Part shown: in pieces, positions 33,965 through 41,246 of the stretch | Numbering within the stretch: the first letter of the stretch is position 1 | How the letters are laid out: each line of letters begins with the position of its first letter | NCBI RefSeq assembly: GCF_001194135.2 | Contig: NC_068986.1 | Coordinates: 40,095,796 to 40,137,041, forward strand | DNA from: Octopus bimaculoides | Taxonomy: Eukaryota | DNA length: 41,246 nucleotides | Reading direction: 5' to 3' | Made by a program: the position numbers and the translations under genes | The notes under the pieces: generated by a model | Seen by the model: the letters and a program-made list of their open reading frames with translations, nothing else | Database searches by the model: none | What the model was told of the DNA's origin: nothing

Positions 33965-34848
33965 CTATGTTTATTATTAGTTTCAAATTTTGGCACAAGA
34001 CAGCAAGTTCAGGGTAAGGGTGTAAGTCATTTACATCGACCCCAGTACTCAACTGGTACTTATTTTATCCACTCTGAAAGAACGAAAGACGAAGTCGACC
34101 TTGGTGGATTTTCAACTCAGAATGTAAAGACAGCTGGAATGCTGCTAAGCATTTTGCCTGACATGCTAATGATTCTGCTGGCTCGCTGCATTTCTTGTTA
34201 TTTTCAATATTAGTAGATACGCCAAGATGGAAAGCTGACAGAATTGTTAGCATGCTGGGCAAAATGCTAAGCAACAGTTTGTCTGTCTTTACGTTCTGAT
34301 TTCAAATTCTGCCATGGTCAACTTTGACTTTTCATCTTTTGAGGGTTAATAAAATAAGTACCATTTGAGCACTGGGGTCAACATAACCAACTTATCCCCT
34401 CCCTCAAAATTGCTGGTCTTGTGCCAAAATTTGAAACCAATATTGGTAGGAACACTAAGGCTGCAAGATGGCAGAACCATAAGTATAGAAGGCAGCGAGC
34501 TGGCAGAAATGTTAGCACGCCGGGCGAAATGCTTAGTGGTATTTCGTCTGCCATTACGTTCTGAGTTCAAATTCCGCCGAGGTTGACTTTGCCTTTCACC
34601 CTTTCGAGGTCGATAAATTAAGCACCAGTTACGCACTGGGGTCGATGTAATCGACTTAATCCGTTCGTCTGTCCTTGTTTGTTCCCTCTATGTTTAGCCC
34701 CTTGTGGACAATAAAGAAATAAGAACCATGAGTATGTTAGGCAAAGGGCTCAGTAGCGTTTCATTTGTCTTTAGGGTCTGAGTTCAAATTCTGTCAAGGT
34801 TGACTTTGGTTTTCATCCTTTGTGGGTCGATAAAATAAGTACCAATTG
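33965..34848. mobile_element. Second cluster of Meta-like SINEs (one minus, three plus); copy 34487-34721 has a 14-bp TSD
   Basis: AGAACCAT(A/G)AGTAT at 34473-34486 and 34722-34735; A-box/B-box-like head ggcagcgagctggcagaa...gagttcaaattcc. Confidence 0.85.
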
Positions 34849-35077
34849 NNNNNNNNNNNNNNNNNNNNNNNNNNNNNNNNNNNNNNNNNNNNNNNNNNNN
34901 NNNNNNNNNNNNNNNNNNNNNNNNNNNNNNNNNNNNNNNNNNNNNNNNNNNNNNNNNNNNNNNNNNNNNNNNNNNNNNNNNNNNNNNNNNNNNNNNNNNN
35001 NNNNNNNNNNNNNNNNNNNNNNNNNNNNNNNNNNNNNNNNNNNNNNNNNNNNNNNNNNNNNNNNNNNNNNNNNNNNN

Positions 35078-35148
<71 letters not shown>

Positions 35149-35969
35149 TTTTAACTTCATATTTCCATGCTTGTATGGGCTACATGAAATTCATTTTGGC
35201 AGATTTTCAATAGCCAGACACTCTTCCTGTGATCACCCACCCTCTGCCACCTGTTTCCATACAAGGTAAAATGTTCTCGTTGCCAGACGTGATTTTCACA
35301 GAAGACAATGCTTGTATGAAGGTGATGTTCGTCCTGGAAATATTCCATCATGTCAAGACAAAGATGGAGACACACACATGCACACAAACACACATAGTTA
35401 GGGGTTGAGGATTCAACCCACTAAGGGATCCAATATACTGCTGGGAGGGTACCCAATTAGTGTTACACTAGTGTTATACCAAGTGTAATAAGTCGGTGCA
35501 GGTAAAAGGGGGTTATTTTACCCTAAATTTATATAGCAATAAGAAAATGGAGGAGAATATGCGGTATCCATCAACTTGCAGATAGTGTTAAGCATCTGTA
35601 TATTGTGGTTTTTGTCATTTTAGTTACAAAATAAACAAATTAATTCAATGGAATACACTGTCTGGNNNNNNNNNNNNNNNNNNNNNNNNNNNNNNNNNNN
35701 NNNNNNNNNNNNNNNNNNNNNNNNNNNNNNNNNNNNNNNNNNNNNNNNNNNNNNNNNNNNNNNNNNNNNNNNNNNNNNNNNNNNNNNNNNNNNNNNNNNN
35801 NNNNNNNNNNNNATATATTTATGATTATAAATGTTTTTTACCGAAAAGGTTTTTTTCATACTGAGCTACCCGGCAAAATTGTTAATTATTAATTTTATTA
35901 CTAATTGACGATTCCCTGCCCTGCATATCTATATATATATATGTATGTATAGAAATATATGATGTGCTT

Positions 35970-36360
35970 CTTTCATTTTCCATGTACCAAATTCACTTAC
36001 AAGTATTTTTATCATCCCTCAGCTATAGTAGAAGACAATTGCCCTCAGTGCTGTGCAGTGAGTCAAAACCCAAAGTCACATGGCTGGTAAACAAGCTTGC
36101 TAACCCCATGGCTATACTTTGAGTGATATAATAATTTGTTAATATTGGCTTCACATTTTGGCACAAAGCCATTAATTTTATGGGAGGGAGATAAATCAAT
36201 TACATCAACCCAGTGCTTGGCTGGTACTTATTTTATCGAGCCCAAAGGATGAACGGCTACGCTGACATTGGCAGAATTTGAACTCAGAAAATAAAAACAG
36301 ATGAAATACCACTAAGCATTTTGCCCTGCATGCAAACATTTCTGCCAGATTGACACTTTA
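35970..36360 (-). mobile_element. Two adjacent SINE remnants on the minus strand
   Basis: 35970-36115 matches the 772-909 family; 36140-36360 matches the Meta-like family. Confidence 0.65.
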
Positions 36361-36691
36361 TTATTTGATAATATTCTAAAAAGTTAATTCTTGTTGAAAA
36401 CATCCAACTCACATAAAATAAGACATTATTTTGGACATTAGTAAAATAACTAATCCTGTTAGCACTAAGTGGCTGATGAATTATTGGTGAAGTACTGTAT
36501 TTTCTGGCCTATAAGTCAATATAGTATACAGTGCAAACATGTAGCATAAATTTTAAAACCATGTTGTTATCTTTCCAAATTGTACTGCATTTGATATTGA
36601 ATTTTTGGTCCTTCGAAGTCGTTTTGATGTATTAATCAGCCAACCTCTTTGGACTGTAAATTTTGGTCTGAAAATTTCAACTTCTCAGCTT

Positions 36692-36856
36692 CACTCCATG
36701 ACCATCTCTAGAATCACCAGACTAGATCTAGTTTCACCTATTCTGTTGGCATCATCAGTAGTGAGTGTTAAACTGTCTGAGCAGTCACTACTAACAATGC
36801 TACAGAACAGACAAAGCTAGATCTAGTTTGGTGATTCTAGAGATGGTCATGGGGTG
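36692..36856. repeat. 165-bp long inverted repeat (hairpin)
   Basis: 36692-36734 is the reverse complement of 36814-36856 (43 bp, 3 mismatches); inner pairs TTCTGT/ACAGAA and AGTAGTGA/TCACTACT; 20-nt loop. Confidence 0.9.
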
Positions 36857-36989
36857 GTTATCTTCCTTGTTAGTAAGTGTATATCTTCCTAGCAATGTAG
36901 GTGCTTTGGCACCCTTAGTGGCACTTAGTGAGGATTAAATAATTCCTTTATGGTATTACATTGCACCTAGCTGTTGTATTAATTTATAT

Positions 36990-37415
36990 ATGTGGACTGG
37001 CTCCTGTGCAGGTGACAGGTAAAATACACCATTTCGAGTGTGGCCATGGATCGTTCCCAACGTTGCCTTCCTGGCACTTGTGCCAGTGGCACGTGAAAAG
37101 ACATTCGAGCGAGATTGTTGCCAGTGCCGATGGATTGGCCCTTGTGCAGGTGGCACATAAAATACACCATTTTGAGGGTGGCCGTTGCCAGTACCCACCT
37201 GACTGGCCTTTGTGCCGGTGGCACGTAAAAGCACCCACTACACCCTTGGAGTGGTTGGCATTAGGAAGGGGCATCCAGCTGTAGAAACTCTGCCAAATCA
37301 GATAAGGCCTGGTGTCGCCTCCTGGTCCACCAGTCCTCAGTCAAATCATCCAACCCATGCTAGCATGGAAAGCGGACGTTAAACGACGATGATGATGATG
37401 ATGATGATGATGATG
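36990..37415 (+). mobile_element. RTE 3' UTR with internal ~60-bp tandem repeats and (GAT)n tail
   Basis: Repeated (c/t)tgtgc(a/c)(g/a)gtggcac.t.aaa unit, then gagtggttggcattaggaagggcatccagc...catggaaagcggacgttaaacgacgatgat. Confidence 0.8.
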
Positions 37416-37510
37416 ATATATATGTATGTGAAAGAGGACAACAACTGCCAAGGCATAACGAGCATCTCAAGTAATATACATTATTTTATATTATTCTTAA
37501 ATTAGTTGAG

Positions 37511-37586
37511 GTCTTACAGCTATTTCTGGGATATCCCAAGTGATAGGTGAGTATGCCTGACTATGGGGTATTCCGTCATCAGAGAC
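37511..37586 (-). ncRNA. Degenerate minimal type-I hammerhead ribozyme motif (Penelope-like element 3' region)
   Basis: Minus strand: GUCU-CUGAUGA-CGGAAUA...UAUCCCA-GAAA-UAGCUG-UA-AGAC. Complete core; stem I GUCU/AGAC, palindromic AGCU stem III, mismatched stem II. Confidence 0.65.
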
Positions 37587-38609
37587 AAGTAGAGAACATA
37601 TGAAAGATCTAGACTTGGAAAATTCGCAGATAATAAGCAATGAAATAGAAGAGTAGAGAGTAAGGAAATAAAGTACACAGTTCAATTTTCAGAAGGTATG
37701 GATGTTAATCTGTATGTCCTTAGGTAAAATCCAAGGTAAATCCAGGCAGTATTATGGAAAAGTATGAATATTTTGGCAGAAATGGGAATGGTGTGTTCAT
37801 ATTGAGATGGCTGGATTGTGAGAGAATGACCATAAAAGTGGCTATTGAGCAAAATGGAGGGAGAAGGAGATAGAGAAAGAGAAGTTAATGAGGAGAAAGT
37901 GAGAACTGGGGTAGCTTGGGGGGGATAGAGAGAGAAGGAAGGTAAGAGACAGGATATTAGTAAGGATTGGTCAGAAGGATTGGTTAGAAGAATAAAATAA
38001 AGAAATATAAAAATAGAGTTAAAAATTAAAAAATATATAATAAAATTTTTTAAATAAAATATAAAAAGCAGATATAAAAATAAGAATAAATTGTAAAAAT
38101 AAGGGTACAGATAAAAGAAGATAGGAGGAAGATAATGGAGGATAAAAAAATAAAAAGGACCAAGGAGAATAGGAAAAGAAATAAAGAGAATAATAGATAA
38201 GATGCCAGCACTATTCCTCAAGTTTAGGGTTGGGGTAAGAGGTCAAGTAGTAAATATTTGTGTCTGTTGAATAGATGAAGTCCCAGATGATTATGGTCAG
38301 TAACTATAGATATATTCCTACCTATGGGAGTATGAATATATTAAAGGATGAATGGAGAAACCAGTTAAATATTTAATTGTTTAGGAATAAAAATTATAAT
38401 TTAAGATTTGGAGATCTAAGAGGTTAAGGTTTAAAGTTTAGAAGATTAAATTTAAAAACTGCAGGTTAATGTAAAGAATTAACAGTTATCTTCTAAGGTA
38501 CTAATGTTGATGGAGAAGATAATGAAAATGATAGACATAGGTATATTATAACAAGCCTGGAAATATGCAAGTAAGCGTTATGTGTGAGGGATAAGTTTAC
38601 ACTTGGACT

Positions 38610-39050
38610 TATGGAAAAATTTAGATGTGCAGAAAAATTTGTGTTTACAAGTTGTGAATGCTTCGTTTTGTTTGTTGAGTAATTGTGGTGAGTTATGAGT
38701 TAATATCTGGAGGGCCTCCTTTAGGCAGAGTCCACATGTGGAGCGCTGGCTCTGATATGGGATACCAGAATCTATTATAGCCCAGGATATCCTATAGCTA
38801 AGGATGTGGAGTTGCTGTGCTCCTTGTATTTAAATGAGTTTAAATCTGCAGAATATCTTTGCTTGAAATTAATAGTAGATCCGATATAGTAGCTAGAGGA
38901 ATTGTTTAATAAGTTGTGGACAGTACATTTGTATACCACGATGAGCCTTCTGCAACAGGCTTGCAGTTGCAACTGTCTGTTCTAAGTTGATTAGTTGGAG
39001 AGAGGTATGAAGTCGTGCTATTTGTGCACATGTTGAAGCCTAGGGTTGTA
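38610..39050 (-). pseudogene. Degenerate C-terminal GIY-YIG endonuclease of a second, different Penelope-like element
   Basis: With frameshifts it reads DSCNCK / VVYKCTV...YYIGSTINFKQRYSADLNSFKYKEHSNSTSLA / ISWAIIDSGIPYQSQRSTCGLCLKEALQILTH...LLNKQNEAFTTCKHKFF. Confidence 0.85.
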
Positions 39051-39151
39051 TTAGGTGATAGGCTCATATTATTGTTGTAGTTGTTATCATTGTTGCTGTT
39101 ATATACACACATACATGCATATATATATATATGTACATACATACATATATA

Positions 39152-39637
39152 TTAGGCCATCCCATAAATAATGTGGTCTTTTCAATTACACGAACTTAAA
39201 GTCAGAGGGGGTGAGATAAACTACCAGTATCAACTGGCTATAAAAGCAGGTAGTAATTTCACTTTGTACTTATTCTTAGTGCAAGTTTTGAAGAGTGCAG
39301 TTCGATTTTAACAGTTATTTTTTCAAAGCTATAATGGAAGTGACAAAAGAGTATATTTGGCATATTTTGCTTTATGAGTTCATTAAAGGCAACAACACAA
39401 CAGAAAGTGCAAGGAATATTAACGCAGTAAATGAGGTCAGAACAGTACTGGAGGAGTATTTTTCGTCATAGACAAGTGAATTTTGAAAGAGGGGCCATGC
39501 AAGTTTACCAGATAGATGGAAGAGCATTGTAGAAAATGAAGGAGAGTATATTTTAGATTAAAAAAGAACTTTGTTTATATTAATTTTGAAAAATAAAAGA
39601 AGTATAAAAATACCGCATTATTTATAGGATGACCCAA
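39152..39637 (+). mobile_element. Short non-autonomous derivative of the mariner family at 21960-22877
   Basis: TIRs TTAGGCCATCCCATAAATAATG...CATTATTTATAGGATGACCCAA; MEVTKEYIWHILLYEF start fused to the last ~40 codons. Confidence 0.9.
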
Positions 39638-39659
39638 AACATACACACACCCACACGTC

Positions 39660-39985
39660 TGAAAGAATGTGGCTTAGTGGTTAGAGTATTAAGCTCATAA
39701 TTGAAAGATCATAAGTTCAATTCCCAGTGGTATGTCGTGTCCTTGAGCAAGACACTTTATTTCACATTGCTCTAGTTCACTTAGCTGGCAAAAATGAGTA
39801 GTACCTGTAATTCAAAGAGCCAGCCTCATAACATTCTGTGTCACACTGAACCTCCCTGAGAACTATGTTAAGAGTACACATGTCTGTGGAGTACTCAACC
39901 ACTTGCACATTAATTCACAAGCAGGCTGTTCTGTTGATTGGCTGAACTGAAACCCTTGTCATCCTAACCGACAGCGTGCCAGTTT
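39660..39985 (+). mobile_element. tRNA-derived SINE (CORE-like family)
   Basis: Collinear with 20867-21193 and 33572-33885. Confidence 0.8.
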
Positions 39986-40189
39986 TTTTAATATATATTT
40001 ATATGTCTGCTTTGACTTCCAGCATTGGACTTGTTGGTCTGCCTCCCCCTTAGATTAGTGCTTCTAATGTCTCATATTATTTATATTCAAATATCTAGCC
40101 TTTAATTAATTATTCATAAATACACATTCATTTTTTTAAAGTCATGTAACACACGCACACTGATTTTTCAATTTGTATGGACACATTTG

Positions 40190-40448
40190 TTCCACACACA
40201 CACACACACACTCTCTCTCTCTCTCTCCCTCCCTCTTCCAACTGCCTCCTTTCCATCTCCTCAATCCCTTTTCTCTCTCCCTTTCTCTCTCTTTGTTGTT
40301 CTCCTTTCTCTCTCCTTTCTTCACTTCCCGCTTTCTAGGATGCATTCATTTACTGACCTACACTCATTCATTCACACATTCCTACATAAATATTTATATT
40401 TACACATACATACTCTTTCATTTGCACATCCACATACCTCCTCGTCTC

Positions 40449-40490
<42 letters not shown>

Positions 40491-41069
40491 CTCTCTCTCT
40501 CTCCCTTCCACTCTCATACACATACTCACTCATTCACAATACCTGAAAATGCAGGCAAATTAACAAACACAGATATTGCATATACACTGTAAAACACTTT
40601 TTCATAAACACACACAGCCTCTCACTCATTTTCTCCCCCATGGATGCATATACTTCACACACACACACACACACACACACACAGATACATATATTTAGAC
40701 ATATACACATACATGCATACATTCACATTAACACAGACATGTGTGTGTGTGTGTGTGTGTGGATGTGTGTGTTTATGAATGTGTGTGTATGTGTGTGTTT
40801 ATGAATGTGTGTGTGTTTATGAATGTGTGTGTGTGTGTGTGTGTGTATGTGTGTGTGTATGAACTCACTCTCTCATATAGTTGTAAATGTCTTGTGGATA
40901 TTTTCTCTCCACCTAACAAACACAATACACATGTATGTGCACACTCATTCACTCACACACACACACACACACACGCACGCACACGCACACACACACACAC
41001 ACACACACACTCTATCTCTTTCTCTTTCTCTCTTTCTTTCTCTGTGTGTGTCTCTCTCTCTATCTGTCT

Positions 41070-41116
<47 letters not shown>

Positions 41117-41120
41117 ATAT
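40190..41120. repeat. (CA)n, (CT)n and (TG)n microsatellite mosaic
   Basis: Directly visible. Confidence 0.95.
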
Positions 41121-41246
41121 GCATGAAGAATTTATTTTCTGAATTTAGAAGCCTTAGGAGGTATTTCCTAAGTTAGATTCTGTTAATAAGTCATGAGCGT
41201 AATTAATTTGTTAAAATAATTAAAATATTACCGTCTTCTATTTTTA

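Noticed and set aside
37682-38221. 179-aa hydrophobic ORF on the minus strand
   Set aside because: Low-complexity T-rich translation (F/L/I/Y) within the presumed PLE non-coding tail.
1-41246. CRISPR arrays, rRNA genes, bacterial or viral inserts, Helitron ends
   Set aside because: No regularly spaced repeat-spacer array, rRNA motif, gene-dense high-GC block, or hairpin-plus-CTAG terminus was seen.

Overview
AT-rich, microsatellite-dense eukaryotic scaffold with about nine N gaps. The repeat repertoire and (ATG)n-tailed RTE ends resemble an Octopus/coleoid cephalopod genome (inference from recalled repeats, not checked). No protein-coding host gene can be identified with confidence. Every recognisable coding remnant is transposon-derived: several RTE-clade LINE fragments, two different Penelope-like GIY-YIG endonuclease relics, a DD37D (maT) Tc1/mariner relic and two deletion derivatives of one mariner family. 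The window also has TTAA-flanked piggyBac-type MITEs and many tRNA-derived SINEs. The most notable structures are: (1) a young LTR element (6530-8517) with a tandemly duplicated tRNA-Trp primer-binding site, whose first copy reproduces about 33 nt of the tRNA instead of the usual 18; (2) a degenerate minimal hammerhead ribozyme downstream of a Penelope-like endonuclease (37511-37586, minus); (3) a 165-nt near-perfect hairpin (36692-36856); (4) an unexplained ~140-bp repeat in four diverged copies (33.3-36.5 kb). Two CpG-containing promoter-like patches and several splice-site-bounded candidate exons suggest unannotated transcription units, but only weakly. Long ORFs in the supplied track are artefacts of N gaps or simple repeats. 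All alignments and counts were made by eye.
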